The notes beneath the pieces are model-generated. The model searched no databases, was not told the origin of the DNA, and worked only from the letters and a program-made list of their open reading frames with translations. Source: Candidatus Dojkabacteria bacterium (GTDB lineage: Bacteria; Patescibacteriota; Dojkabacteria; B142; OLB20). From it: a stretch of DNA of 64,000 nucleotides. Positions 9,864 through 20,055 of the stretch are shown here, one piece after another (position 1 is the stretch's first letter; every line of letters starts with the position of its first letter). The stretch is from positions 850,209-914,208 of the forward strand of contig CP129475.1 of assembly GCA_030583785.1 (NCBI GenBank), in the 5' to 3' direction. Made by a program: the position numbers and the translations under genes.

Positions 9864-11038
9864 TACTTTCTAATCTTAGGGTGCTTCTTTCCAAAAAAAC
9901 TACAAGACTAGTAGTAATCTTGTTAGTTGAAGCAATCGTCCTGCGAGTGCTAATGGCAACGCAGGGACAGAATGTCGATTTCGATTCGTATAGAATTGTT
10001 GCCGAAATAATGCATAGCGGAGGGAATGTCTATGCCGAAACTACCAGATACAACTATAGTCCCTTGTGGGCTTATATCTTGCTACTTTTTGAAGAAGTCA
10101 GAATCATATTTCAAGCAGATATTTGGTTATTCAGGCTACAAATAGTTTTATTACTAGCAATGGCCGATGTAGTAATAGCCCTTCTTTTGTATAGGATATC
10201 GGGATTAAAATCTTTTGCCTTGTATATTTTTAGCCCACTTGTAATTTTTGTGAGCGCATTTAACATGCAGTTCGATAATCTTGCTCTGGCTTTAGGTTTA
10301 TCTTCACTATTTCTTTTGAAAAAACAGAAGATTAGAGTTTCCATTGTTCTAATGGTTGCATCGTTGCTAGTTAAACATACTTTAATTGCCTATCTTCTTT
10401 GGTTGCTTTTCAGAAAAGATGTGCCCAAGAAAGGATTATTCGTAATTCTACCAATAGCTATTCTGAGTTTGAGTTTTCTAGTTTACGGAATTGAGTACGA
10501 GTATTTGCTCAGGAATGTTATTTCGTACAGACCAAATGACGCAGCCCCGTTATACAATATGTTTGTTCCAGATATTTTTAAGGGTATATTTAAGCCCGAG
10601 TATTTGCTCGCCTTAATATTGTTGGTTGCTGGTTTTGTTTTTCGTAAGCGACCTCTGTTTGAAAACTTTGCGATTTATCTTACAACACTTGTTCTATTTG
10701 CACCCGCTATGTTGCATAGTTATTTAGCAATTCCTATGATAGCTGTCTCTTTGTATCCAAATCTATTTATGCTTGCTTATAGCTTATATGGTGCGTATCT
10801 GTATATGCTCACCGGGCCAGGAGTTGACTGGAATTTCTTTGTAAGAACAGCTCCTGATTTTGCACTTACTACTAAGATGCACGATAGAATATATGACATC
10901 CCAGTAATTTTGTTACTTGGTGGATATTTCTTAGCCTTTTTCCCAACTCAAGTAAGGTCTCTGTTTAAAATAATAAGAGTCTCTTTAAACAATGAGCTTT
11001 TATATCAGCGCCAAACAATTAATGCCAGAGCAAAATAG
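9860..11038 (+). CDS. GT-C-fold glycosyltransferase, DUF2029/GT87-like (mannosyl/arabinosyl-transferase-like)
   Basis: Polytopic membrane protein whose first loop (DFDSYRIVAEIMHSGGNVYAETTRYNYSPLWAY) matches the D-F-x-x-Y...G-x-x-P/Y...Y-x-Y-[SP]-P-L signature of this family. Confidence 0.5.
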   Translation: MILSNLRVLLSKKTTRLVVILLVEAIVLRVLMATQGQNVDFDSYRIVAEIMHSGGNVYAETTRYNYSPLWAYILLLFEEVRIIFQADIWLFRLQIVLLLAMADVVIALLLYRISGLKSFALYIFSPLVIFVSAFNMQFDNLALALGLSSLFLLKKQKIRVSIVLMVASLLVKHTLIAYLLWLLFRKDVPKKGLFVILPIAILSLSFLVYGIEYEYLLRNVISYRPNDAAPLYNMFVPDIFKGIFKPEYLLALILLVAGFVFRKRPLFENFAIYLTTLVLFAPAMLHSYLAIPMIAVSLYPNLFMLAYSLYGAYLYMLTGPGVDWNFFVRTAPDFALTTKMHDRIYDIPVILLLGGYFLAFFPTQVRSLFKIIRVSLNNELLYQRQTINARAK

Positions 11039-12404
11039 CAGAAAAATTGACCTTTTTATTTTGACAGGATTTGTGTATCTTTTCTTACCTTTCGTCTTCT
11101 TTCTAGCATATTTAGAGCCACTTCTATTAAGTCTACTAATTCCCATGACTTGGATTGGCATTATATTCTCAAGGTCTGATATCGAGGGTTTTAAACTAGA
11201 CAAGATTTCTATAACTCAAAGATGGTTGATAATATTTTCGATTCTAGTCTTTGTCTTGCTTGGTGGATTTCCTCAGTTAATCGGCTTTGAACAATTATTT
11301 GATTGGCAAAAGCATAACACGATCCTTACGGATCTTATAAGTAATAGCTGGCCTGTTGCTTATACAGACGGAAGCTTTTTAAACTATTATCTCGGAATCT
11401 ATTTCATTCCTGCATTCTTTGGAAAGATATTTGGTGGATTCGCTATCGGAAAAGTCTTTCTAAGTATTTGGATTCTGATAGGTTATATTGTATCTGTTCA
11501 GTTGATTTACAACTACTTATTCAAAGTAATGAAAGATAGTAGGTTTGTCATATTTGGACTAATATTACTATTACTTATATCTGGACTTGATTGGTTGCAG
11601 TATTACATCAATAATGGTTATCTTCCAAGAACTGCAGAACATATTGAATGGTCATATCGAATCTTCATGGACGGTTTATACAAGGGATTTTTTCAGTATT
11701 CAAGTATCGTTACCCTCATAACTCATGTACCACAGCATTTATACCCAGCATTGATTGGGATCTGCCTGACGCTATTGACAAAGCGTTATAGCATATTTCT
11801 GATACCTGTATTGTTTATATGGTCCCCGTTTTCTGCTATTGGAGTTGGACTAGCAATACTGTTGGTAATAAGAAAAGATATCTTAAGGTTTGACTATCTT
11901 TTCTTTTCTTTATTATTGATTGTTCCTGTAGTTTTTTTCTATCTTCATCACAACCATATTGATAACAGAATAATTGTTACTACCAATTTCTCTAGATATT
12001 TAATCTTTCTAGCACTAGAACTGTTTCCAATCATTACATTAACAATTATGTCCTGGTCGAGTTTAAAAAAGACAGAAAAGGTAATACAGACAATATGTTG
12101 TATTTTGCTATGTATATTCCCGCTCTTTCGCTACGGGAATGTATCCGCTAATGATGTCCTAATCCGGAGCGCTTTTCCAGTATTCTTTTTAGCTACATTA
12201 ATTCCTTTAGCATATATAAACAAGTATCCTTTTAAAAAGATTGCAATTGTTATCATTGTCTGGAGCCTTGGCCTAGCAACTCCAATATTTGAATTTTTAA
12301 GAATTCAGCCAGGTCGAGGTTATCAAGAGCCTATGGACTCAATTCTCGAAATTCGAGGAGGAAAAGCTGTACATGATCAATACCTAGGCAGACCTTGGCG
12401 TTAA
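11022..12404 (+). CDS. polytopic membrane protein (possibly GT-C-like or polymerase-like)
   Basis: About 460 aa with at least 11 hydrophobic segments. It overlaps the preceding gene (same strand, probable operon). Confidence 0.4.
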   Translation: MPEQNSRKIDLFILTGFVYLFLPFVFFLAYLEPLLLSLLIPMTWIGIIFSRSDIEGFKLDKISITQRWLIIFSILVFVLLGGFPQLIGFEQLFDWQKHNTILTDLISNSWPVAYTDGSFLNYYLGIYFIPAFFGKIFGGFAIGKVFLSIWILIGYIVSVQLIYNYLFKVMKDSRFVIFGLILLLLISGLDWLQYYINNGYLPRTAEHIEWSYRIFMDGLYKGFFQYSSIVTLITHVPQHLYPALIGICLTLLTKRYSIFLIPVLFIWSPFSAIGVGLAILLVIRKDILRFDYLFFSLLLIVPVVFFYLHHNHIDNRIIVTTNFSRYLIFLALELFPIITLTIMSWSSLKKTEKVIQTICCILLCIFPLFRYGNVSANDVLIRSAFPVFFLATLIPLAYINKYPFKKIAIVIIVWSLGLATPIFEFLRIQPGRGYQEPMDSILEIRGGKAVHDQYLGRPWR

Positions 12405-12592
12405 TCTGACAATCTGCCAATAAGAAGTCCTGCTTTAATTCTGTCTGCATTGCTGCTATGAGGGATTCCTTGATTGGCTTTCGTGTTGAAAAGCGAGGTA
12501 GCATCTTTACCGCAACCAAGAAGGATTTGTTCTTCTCCTGGATGAGAGCTTACATAAGAAGTGACATCGTATACTAGGCCTTCTATTGCCAT
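12401..12592 (-). CDS. cytochrome b5-like heme-binding domain protein (ATG-delimited portion; likely N-terminal lipoprotein-signal extension upstream)
   Basis: YDVTSYVSSHPGEEQILLGCGKDATSLFN...H matches the cyt-b5 HPGG/GxDAT signature. The in-frame upstream region encodes a lipobox (LAVSAVLITGCSS) without a canonical start codon. Confidence 0.6.
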   Translation of the reverse strand: MAIEGLVYDVTSYVSSHPGEEQILLGCGKDATSLFNTKANQGIPHSSNADRIKAGLLIGRLSD

Positions 12593-12765
12593 CCAGCAAT
12601 CATCTGCACTATTGTGTTGTGCAAGCTCGCCTAGGCTAATGACCGCCTCTTGATTAGAGTCACTATTAGAAGGGGCCTGGTCATTAACAGGGCTGCTACA
12701 TCCGGTGATTAATACTGCTGAGACTGCAAGGATAGATAAGATTTTCGTAGTATTATCTGTAATAA

Positions 12766-13233
12766 TTAATTATTTATAGTTATTGTTTCAATATCGTCAG
12801 TAATGCTAGGGAAAGTCGCTTGGTTAGTGAGTCTGATCGAGCTTGCTCCAATGATGATATAAGGGCTTTCCAGTGCTGAATTTAAATCATATTGAATAGT
12901 AGCTCCAAGTTCTGTTGTAATCTCGATTTCATTAGCGCTGTAACCAAGATTATTCAAAATATCTGCAAGGTAAACTCTGGAGTTTTCGTTGTCACTATAC
13001 CCAAAAGCAACACCGAGTAACTCACTAACTGTGTATATCTTCTCTTGACCTCCAGCAAAGATTGAGATTTCGTCTACAAAACTGTTTTGTGGAGAATAGG
13101 TATTTGCTCCAAGTACCTGGGGACGAACTGACGGGACATAGGAGGAAAGAATCATTAGCACAGAAAATAATAAGACACAAAATGTTGTAATACTAACGGC
13201 AACTATTGTCTTCTTGATTTCGGTTTTCTCCAT
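12766..13233 (-). CDS. hypothetical membrane-anchored protein
   Basis: 155 aa with an N-terminal TM (IVAVSITTFCVLLFSVLMIL); no recognised domain. Confidence 0.4.
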   Translation of the reverse strand: MEKTEIKKTIVAVSITTFCVLLFSVLMILSSYVPSVRPQVLGANTYSPQNSFVDEISIFAGGQEKIYTVSELLGVAFGYSDNENSRVYLADILNNLGYSANEIEITTELGATIQYDLNSALESPYIIIGASSIRLTNQATFPSITDDIETITINN

Positions 13234-13304
13234 GTAATTATTCTAGCAAATATTATGATTCTTTTGTGCTTTCTTTCTTATTGGCTGAGTAATATACTTA
13301 TGTA

Positions 13305-14063
13305 GTGAAGACTTTTCTAAACAATCTAAAAACTGTATTTGCTAGTTCACAAGAACATCCTGTCGAATTCATCAAGATCAGGTTCCTTGTTATTTCTGGA
13401 ATTATCGGGAGCTTACTCCTTATTACTTATGCCATAATAAACTTTGCCATCGCTGATTATCCAGCAGCTGTTATGGAACTGATTATGGGCTTAATGATGC
13501 TTGCTGCTGTAATTATTTCGGTTGGTACTATGAAGCTTGGCCTTGCTTCTGCTCTTGGGCTTTTTCCAGTAGTGTTTATGACAATGCATAATTTTAACTC
13601 GGGTGGTTTCTTTGATACAGGGCTGTTGTGGTGTTATATTCTTCCGCCGGTATCAATTTTCCTAGTTGGAACACAAATTAGTACTGTTATTCATGTATTG
13701 TTTCTATTATTTACTTTGCTCCTTCGCACCCTTGCAAATACCGGTCAGGTAAACTTTATATATGGCGACTTTGAATATCTGATGTTTGTCTTAACCTATA
13801 CAACAGTGTTTTTACTAACTGCCCTTTTTGAAACTGCATGGCAGCAAAGTAATAGTGCTTTAATTGTCAAAGGTCTTTTGTTAGGAGAAAAGAACCTGGA
13901 ACTAGAAAGGACGATAGATACTCTAACAAAAACAAAAGGTGAACTATCGGCAAGTGTAGGCCGTTACGAGTCAGCAAACAAATTGCTAACAGAGGCTAAT
14001 CAAAAAGTTATTGAGCGAGAGAAGAAGATGGTAGAATTAAAGAGAAAATTGCAAAGCAATTAA
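13305..14063 (+). CDS. membrane-integrated sensor-like protein ending in signalling-helix-like coiled coil (no output domain)
   Basis: About 6 TM segments followed by a roughly 70-aa coiled coil ending ...EANQKVIEREKKMVELKRKLQSN. Confidence 0.5.
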   Translation: MKTFLNNLKTVFASSQEHPVEFIKIRFLVISGIIGSLLLITYAIINFAIADYPAAVMELIMGLMMLAAVIISVGTMKLGLASALGLFPVVFMTMHNFNSGGFFDTGLLWCYILPPVSIFLVGTQISTVIHVLFLLFTLLLRTLANTGQVNFIYGDFEYLMFVLTYTTVFLLTALFETAWQQSNSALIVKGLLLGEKNLELERTIDTLTKTKGELSASVGRYESANKLLTEANQKVIEREKKMVELKRKLQSN

Positions 14064-14088
14064 AAGATCCCGTTTATTGTAAATTCTT

Positions 14089-14991
14089 ATGAAATATCAA
14101 GTTCTCTTGTTTTACAAGTATGTGTTAGTTGATGATCCTCAGGCAGAAAAGCAAAAGCAATTAGACTACTTTAAGAAGTATAATCTTAAAGGCAGAATGA
14201 TTATTGCTAAAGAGGGTATAAACGCTACCCTTGAAGGTGAAATAACTGATACCGAAAGCTACATTCAAGAAATGTCGAAAGACAAGCGGTTTGCAGATAT
14301 TCATTGGAAGAAGAGTGAGGGTAACGGAAAATCTTTTCCAAAGATTAATATCAAGGTTCGTCCAGAAATCGTTAGTCTCGGACTGAAACATGACGATTTT
14401 GATCCAAACCAGATATCTGGAAAGTATATTACTGCAGAAGAGCTACATGATTTGTATGAATCCGGAGCTGAGTTTTATGTTATTGATATGCGAAACGACT
14501 ACGAGCAAAAGGTTGGTCATTTTGAAAGTGCTTTGCTTATGCCCATGAAAAACTTCAGAGAGCTGCCAGAACTAATCGAATCCATCAGTCATTTAAAAGA
14601 TAAGCTTGTAGTAACTACTTGTACAGGAGGGATTCGTTGTGAAAAGGCTTCTGGATTTTTAGTTAAGCATGGATTTACAAATGTCTATCAGCTATATGGT
14701 GGCATGCACAGCTATATCGAAAAGTATCCAGACCAGCATTTTAAGGGAAGTCTATATGTTTTTGATGGAAGACTTGTCTGGAGAATGAACGCTAGTGAGT
14801 CTGCCGTTATTTCAAGTTGCGAAATCTGCGGAGACTCTTCAGATCAGTATGTTGACTGTTCTTATCTTCATTGCAAGCAAAAAAGACACTTTATTGCCTG
14901 CGACAATTGCCGCAACGAAGATGGCACTGTTTACTGCTCAGAAAAATGTGCTGATTTGGCAAAGAAGAGCGGAGAAATCTTTAAGCCTTAA
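14089..14991 (+). CDS. trhO: rhodanese-domain tRNA uridine(34) hydroxylase, TrhO/YceA (UPF0176) family
   Basis: N-terminus (LLFYKY...GRIIIAKEGINATLEG) matches the family. A rhodanese catalytic Cys loop (TTCTGGIRCEKAS) is present, plus a C-terminal Cys-rich tail. Confidence 0.8.
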   Translation: MKYQVLLFYKYVLVDDPQAEKQKQLDYFKKYNLKGRMIIAKEGINATLEGEITDTESYIQEMSKDKRFADIHWKKSEGNGKSFPKINIKVRPEIVSLGLKHDDFDPNQISGKYITAEELHDLYESGAEFYVIDMRNDYEQKVGHFESALLMPMKNFRELPELIESISHLKDKLVVTTCTGGIRCEKASGFLVKHGFTNVYQLYGGMHSYIEKYPDQHFKGSLYVFDGRLVWRMNASESAVISSCEICGDSSDQYVDCSYLHCKQKRHFIACDNCRNEDGTVYCSEKCADLAKKSGEIFKP

Positions 14992-15006
14992 AAGTAGAAC
15001 GCTTTC

Positions 15007-16725
15007 TTAAATATCCTTACCGACTTTCTCTTGAGAAGATTTCTCGAAATGTTTTTTCTTTAACGAAGGTGATAGAGCAAATAGAAGAGGTTGTCCTATT
15101 CTATCCCAGGTATCTTTGCCGACATTACCAAAGAACCCAGAAGCGTAACCACCTATGGCAAGCATAATTAACAAGTAGGCAAGAATTATTCTATCTACGC
15201 TATCGCTAATAAGCGCAGTTGGTGGCAAGGTATCACTAGGTTTGCAATCAGGACTATTTGGATACTGAGGATGCACGCATCTATTATTTTGACAAACTAG
15301 ACCGCTGACACATACGAATCCAGGATCATCGCAACCAGTTTCGTAACACTCAATTATCACCGGTCCAACAGGGCTCGTTGAAATACTTGGTGACGGCGTT
15401 GGTGACGGTGTGAAACTTGGTGTTGGAGTAGGTGTAGGTGTATCGGTAATACTTGGCGTTGGTGTAGGCGTATCAGTAATACTTGGTGTCGGTGTAGGTG
15501 TATCCGTTACAGTTGGTGTTGGAGTAGGTGTTGCAATAGCACAACCATCGTCTGAGCAAAGTGGAGCAAGGCTTGGGTCAGCGCATTGCATCAGAGCACA
15601 TCTTCTTGTGCCATCGTTATTAAAGTCGATACATGTATATCCACCTACATCTGCATTTCTACATTCAACATCGGAAGTACAAGGTGAACCACATTCTATT
15701 GGCGCATTGTCAGATGGAATATAATGAAAAACAATGCTCTTTATTGCTGTGTTTCCGATACTGCTCATGTACACTGATTCCGATGCCGTTCTTGAAATTG
15801 GTTCACCTGAATCTCGACGAACAATCTGCCCCCTCGTAGAAATAACATAAGGATGATCTGTCGTTCCGTAGTAAGGAGTAGTTGGATTTGGGAAATTGAT
15901 CGTATTAAAGTTTTGAACAACTTGGTCTCTTACGAATCTTGACCACCAACCATTATCTTGAACATCTGCCGGAACATTAACTACCATGAAATATCCTCCA
16001 CCTTTGGGGTCGTTAGCTTCAAAGTTAATAGGGAAATTTGTACCATATGCATTATACCAACCTCGTGGGAAGTAAGGTGTTAATCTTAAATGCTCACGAG
16101 AAGAAGCGTTACCTCGAACCCCAGGGCAGCCAAGTCTATCTTGTTCTGTACTATAAACTGCAGCAACGCATTGAAGTCCTCCAAGCCAACCTGTTTCGTA
16201 CCATCTTCCGGCTTCTCCAAGTGATGGCGCTAAGTGTCTAAAGGTTTGTGGACATTCACTGCTGTCGTGAGTTGAGACATTATATACTGACATCTGGGAT
16301 CTCGGCATTCCTCCGAATCGAATAGCTTGAAATGATGGTCCGAATACTTGAAGGCCATTACATGCTCTTGGGTCTGTTGATACACTTCCACATCTAACAT
16401 TTCCTTGCATATTAACCATGTCTACTGCTCTTGTTGCAGATGTAACCATAAATAATTGTGGGGAACCACCTCTGGGGTCGTATTCAGGTTTATTGAAAAG
16501 ATCCTTGTGTAGTGGTGACCCCGCCCAAACGACTGCTCCGGGTAGTCGGGTGCTTGTTGAAACAAGTCCATCAAGCGAAATATACATATCTACATACATG
16601 TTTCCATACTGTGCTGCTTCTGCCTTTTGCGTGAACAAAAAAGAAAAAATGATTGGCAATAACAGCAAAACTGCTACTTTGTAGAAATACCTTAATAAAA
16701 GATTGTGATCCTTATTATTTGCCAC
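15007..16725 (-). CDS. secreted Cys-rich protein with Pro/Thr tandem-repeat linker and C-terminal TM anchor
   Basis: 572 aa with a signal peptide, a ~330-aa domain of unknown family, a Cys-rich module, ([10 protein letters not shown])n repeats, a second Cys-rich module, then a TM and cytoplasmic tail. Confidence 0.6.
   Translation of the reverse strand: MANNKDHNLLLRYFYKVAVLLLLPIIFSFLFTQKAEAAQYGNMYVDMYISLDGLVSTSTRLPGAVVWAGSPLHKDLFNKPEYDPRGGSPQLFMVTSATRAVDMVNMQGNVRCGSVSTDPRACNGLQVFGPSFQAIRFGGMPRSQMSVYNVSTHDSSECPQTFRHLAPSLGEAGRWYETGWLGGLQCVAAVYSTEQDRLGCPGVRGNASSREHLRLTPYFPRGWYNAYGTNFPINFEANDPKGGGYFMVVNVPADVQDNGWWSRFVRDQVVQNFNTINFPNPTTPYYGTTDHPYVISTRGQIVRRDSGEPISRTASESVYMSSIGNTAIKSIVFHYIPSDNAPIECGSPCTSDVECRNADVGGYTCIDFNNDGTRRCALMQCADPSLAPLCSDDGCAIATPTPTPTVTDTPTPTPSITDTPTPTPSITDTPTPTPTPSFTPSPTPSPSISTSPVGPVIIECYETGCDDPGFVCVSGLVCQNNRCVHPQYPNSPDCKPSDTLPPTALISDSVDRIILAYLLIMLAIGGYASGFFGNVGKDTWDRIGQPLLFALSPSLKKKHFEKSSQEKVGKDI
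15385..15540. repeat. imperfect 30-nt tandem repeats encoding the PT-rich linker
   Basis: Units such as acttggcgttggtgtaggcgtatcagtaat and acttggtgtcggtgtaggtgtatccgttac are read directly; they generate a spurious GVGV antisense ORF. Confidence 0.8.
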
Positions 16726-17779
16726 GCTTAATATTAATAACTACATCACCGTCTTGTTTGGATTCTTGCGGTAATTTATTGAAATATTCTTCGGTACTTG
16801 AATATTCTCCAAGTGTTCTTTTGTTAACCTTGATGATTAGATAAGCTAAATCTTGTCCAGATAAATCGCCATATAGTTCTTCGTCTTCAGGAAGAGTCAT
16901 AGTTAGCACAGTTGAAAATTGTCCCTCACCAAGAGAGAATACAGCATCATTAAGGTAGTCAAGAACAAATACAGGGATACCATCTTTTTCTGCAACAAAT
17001 GACTCGTATGCATTCCCAACGGCAGCAGGATCAACCTTTTCGATTATTTCTTGGTCTTCTGCAATCAGTTTTCCAGCATCCTGCATTGTAAGTTCGCCAC
17101 TTGTGAGTCGAGAGTATAGCTCGTCAATTTTTCTCTTCGCGATCTCTCTTCCAGACTCTGGAGACACCGGCACAAAATTGTTCTGGAACCAAATTGCAAT
17201 GACTTCTCCTTCAGCTCTGTCAACAAATCTTTCTGATACCAGAGGAATCATTTGCGACACTATTTCGTTTCTTTTTGTGAAATCTTTGGTATTTGAATTA
17301 TAGAAGCTTGAATCTAGTGTCACCAGATCAAGTTCTTGTGCTTTTTGAAGGATTAGAGAGTAATAAATTAATTCGCTGAGTCCTTTATCGACATCGGCAT
17401 CTGTAAGCGGTTTGCTTGATGTATATTTATCGAATTGTAGAAGGAACATATAGTAGTTTAAATCTCGACCATAAAGCGTTTCTGCACCTACGGTAAGGAT
17501 AGGTGTAAAGCTTTTAAATCTTGCTCCCTCTGAAAGTACAAAAGCTTTTTTATCGGCGAAAGATGCATTTTTTTTGCTTGCCCAAGCAGATGCAAATTTG
17601 TCTCTTTCTTCTTGGTTCCTGGGAATTTCTGCATCCCAAACTTCTTGCGATGCTGCGTCAGTATCGTCTGGTGAGATATCAGCTTGTTGTTGTAACAAGA
17701 GACCGACATAAACACCAGCACCCGCAAATGCAAGTAGCATAATCATTAAGAACGCTGTAATCAGTTTTCTCGCCTTCAT
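16715..17779 (-). CDS. hypothetical secreted/membrane-anchored protein (possible SurA-N-like chaperone domain, weak)
   Basis: 354 aa with an N-terminal signal anchor; no parvulin domain. Confidence 0.45.
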   Translation of the reverse strand: MKARKLITAFLMIMLLAFAGAGVYVGLLLQQQADISPDDTDAASQEVWDAEIPRNQEERDKFASAWASKKNASFADKKAFVLSEGARFKSFTPILTVGAETLYGRDLNYYMFLLQFDKYTSSKPLTDADVDKGLSELIYYSLILQKAQELDLVTLDSSFYNSNTKDFTKRNEIVSQMIPLVSERFVDRAEGEVIAIWFQNNFVPVSPESGREIAKRKIDELYSRLTSGELTMQDAGKLIAEDQEIIEKVDPAAVGNAYESFVAEKDGIPVFVLDYLNDAVFSLGEGQFSTVLTMTLPEDEELYGDLSGQDLAYLIIKVNKRTLGEYSSTEEYFNKLPQESKQDGDVVINIKRGK

Positions 17780-17867
17780 AGTGAAGTATGTTGAAGAATC
17801 ACTGAAAAATTCCAGTAGATAAAATATAGCTTTTATTTATCAACAATACCAGCGTTTTATACGAAAT

Positions 17868-19067
17868 TTAGAGTGGATAAACACGAATAATTCTATCTGT
17901 ACCTTTACCGTTATCTGTTAGGATTAAGAGCTCGTTATCTTTTAAGGACTGGATCGTTCTTACTCTTCCTATTTCGTTTACATAAATATCTTCTCGTTGC
18001 AGAATGTTTAACGAAGGATCAGTTATTAGAAGCATAATTCTTGATCCTTTCTGTGCAGCTACTGCAATGGCGTTTTCATACTTTAGCCATTTCTCCCCTT
18101 TGATAATTGTTCCACCGGAAGTAGCAATTGTCGGGCTACCAGATGACCATAAAGCTAGAATAGCCTCAGGAAATTTTTGAACATCGGTCATAGGTACTCC
18201 ACCTTCTAAATAGCCTGCTGGTGGATCCCATCCAAAATTGCCAGGTAGTAGTGGGTTAACTTCGTCGTCAACCGCTGAACCATGCTCAATACTTATTCCT
18301 GATATGGGTAAATTAAGTTCTTTTTCAAAAAAGGCCAATCCTTGAGTATTCCGGTGACCATAGCTGTAAATTCTACTGTCAAATGGTTGGTCAAGGTTTC
18401 CTGAGGCAGGACCGCCGTCTCGATCAACACGAAGTATTTTTCCCCCAAGACTGGTTGGGTCCTGTGGGGTAGAACCGATAGCCGCATCGCCTGTACCTAC
18501 CCAAAGATAATTGTCTGGACCAAATTCCAGCTGACAGCCGGAATGTCTGCCAGATTCGTTAGCTGGTATGCCTGTAATTATGTCTCTTCTGTCTTCAAGT
18601 AAGTCGTTAGAGAGGGACAACTTCCAACGCACAACTCTAACATCGGTATTCCCGGATAGGTTGCTGTTGAAGCATGCATATATAAATCTATTAGATGAAA
18701 ATTCGGGGTCGATTGCTAAACCGAGCAAGCCACCTTCACCTCTTACAACTGTATCGTCAGGTGTAGGTATAGATTTTTTCACTCCATTGGCAAGATGTGT
18801 AAGTTTATTTGCTCTTTCGCTGAATATATAGCTTTCATCGGGCAGCATAATGATATCCCAAGGGTTGCTTAAACCGTCGACGATAATTTCGGAGGCGAAA
18901 TTGGGGGTTGTTGTTGAAGATCTAAGGCTCTGAATAGAATCGGTTGGTGCGATTGTAGGCACTCCTGTAGGTGATAAAGGAGATCTGAAACCTAAAGGAT
19001 CTATTGCAATAACAGAAAAGACTAATACTAAAACGAAAACTAGAAGTATTATTAAGATCTTTTTCAT
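17868..19067 (-). CDS. PQQ-dependent sugar (glucose/sorbosone) dehydrogenase-family beta-propeller protein
   Basis: Motifs GLLGLAIDPEF, GCQLEFGPDNYLWVGTGD, GKILRV and YGHRNTQGL are typical of soluble quinoprotein GDH; an N-terminal signal anchor is present. Confidence 0.75.
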   Translation of the reverse strand: MKKILIILLVFVLVLVFSVIAIDPLGFRSPLSPTGVPTIAPTDSIQSLRSSTTTPNFASEIIVDGLSNPWDIIMLPDESYIFSERANKLTHLANGVKKSIPTPDDTVVRGEGGLLGLAIDPEFSSNRFIYACFNSNLSGNTDVRVVRWKLSLSNDLLEDRRDIITGIPANESGRHSGCQLEFGPDNYLWVGTGDAAIGSTPQDPTSLGGKILRVDRDGGPASGNLDQPFDSRIYSYGHRNTQGLAFFEKELNLPISGISIEHGSAVDDEVNPLLPGNFGWDPPAGYLEGGVPMTDVQKFPEAILALWSSGSPTIATSGGTIIKGEKWLKYENAIAVAAQKGSRIMLLITDPSLNILQREDIYVNEIGRVRTIQSLKDNELLILTDNGKGTDRIIRVYPL

Positions 19068-19138
19068 AAATACAGACTAACAGAAAATCCACTATCTCGT
19101 AAATGGTAATGTTTTCTCTGCATTGCTATACTTGTTTT

Positions 19139-20053
19139 ATGAAGGATTCAAAGCTAAAGAATAAGGATTTTGACAATATTACAATCGTAGTCCTTGTAGT
19201 TTTGATCTTGTTCTTTTTAGCTGTTGTCTTTATTAGTAGAACGCAACCATTACAAACAAGCGATACGCCTCTTGCCTCCAATCAACCAAGTATTAAGAAT
19301 TATATCTTTACGGCCAATACGGGAACTGGTGTTGAAGAAAATCAATATTATCTTGCTTCTTCATTAAATGAGTTTTGTTTAGAGAACTATTGTCAGTCGG
19401 TGTTTATCGCTGGGAACGCACTTGGTAAGCATATTGCTGTTTCTGCAATCGATCCTGAGTTTATTAAAAGATTTCAAGATCCGTATAGAGATTTTGAGGC
19501 ACCATTTTATATCGCACTTGGCGACAATGATAAAATCCAATGCCTTGATTGCTACATAAGTTTTTCAGACATATCTTCAATTTGGAAATTCGAGAGTAAT
19601 TACTACGAGGTAAAGGAACCCGGTATTAGCTTTTATGTCCTCGATACCAATACTATTGATCAAGAACAGATAAATTGGTTAGCAACAAGGCTAGCAGTTA
19701 ATAGTTCGAAAAAGAATGTAGTGGTAGGACATGCAGACATTATAAATTCGAATAACGCGGATATTAATGAGTTGAAAGAACTAATTTGCCGCCAAGCAGA
19801 TATGTTTGTGTCTGGGCAGCTTCTTGCTTTGGCGAAATACAGAGATATTAATGATTGTAATGCAGTATTTGTAAATTCTGGTATGGGGTCTAGTACACAA
19901 GGAATCACTATTGATTCTATTGAAGGTAATTCGGATTTTGATTTTTTTTCTGATGAGCCGGGCTATATAGTTCTAAGATCCATTGACGGATCAAATTTTG
20001 AAATATCTTTCTATTCGCAAGCAAATAATATATTATTTCAAACAACCATTTAG
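19139..20053 (+). CDS. membrane-anchored calcineurin-like metallophosphoesterase-like protein (degenerate motifs)
   Basis: N-terminal TM, then ALGDND and VVGHAD segments resembling phosphoesterase motifs. The start was chosen at the ATG that gives a canonical n-region; the tracked ORF begins 36 nt earlier. Confidence 0.4.
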   Translation: MKDSKLKNKDFDNITIVVLVVLILFFLAVVFISRTQPLQTSDTPLASNQPSIKNYIFTANTGTGVEENQYYLASSLNEFCLENYCQSVFIAGNALGKHIAVSAIDPEFIKRFQDPYRDFEAPFYIALGDNDKIQCLDCYISFSDISSIWKFESNYYEVKEPGISFYVLDTNTIDQEQINWLATRLAVNSSKKNVVVGHADIINSNNADINELKELICRQADMFVSGQLLALAKYRDINDCNAVFVNSGMGSSTQGITIDSIEGNSDFDFFSDEPGYIVLRSIDGSNFEISFYSQANNILFQTTI

Positions 20054-20055
20054 AT

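Noticed and set aside
15385-15540. Tandem direct repeats considered as a possible CRISPR array (also 48202..48249)
   Set aside because: The repeats are 30 or 15 nt, imperfect, contiguous without spacers, and lie inside ORFs where they encode PT and EPT linkers.
15410-15724. Plus-strand ORF encoding GVGVGV repeats
   Set aside because: It is the mirror image of the PT-repeat linker of the real minus-strand gene.
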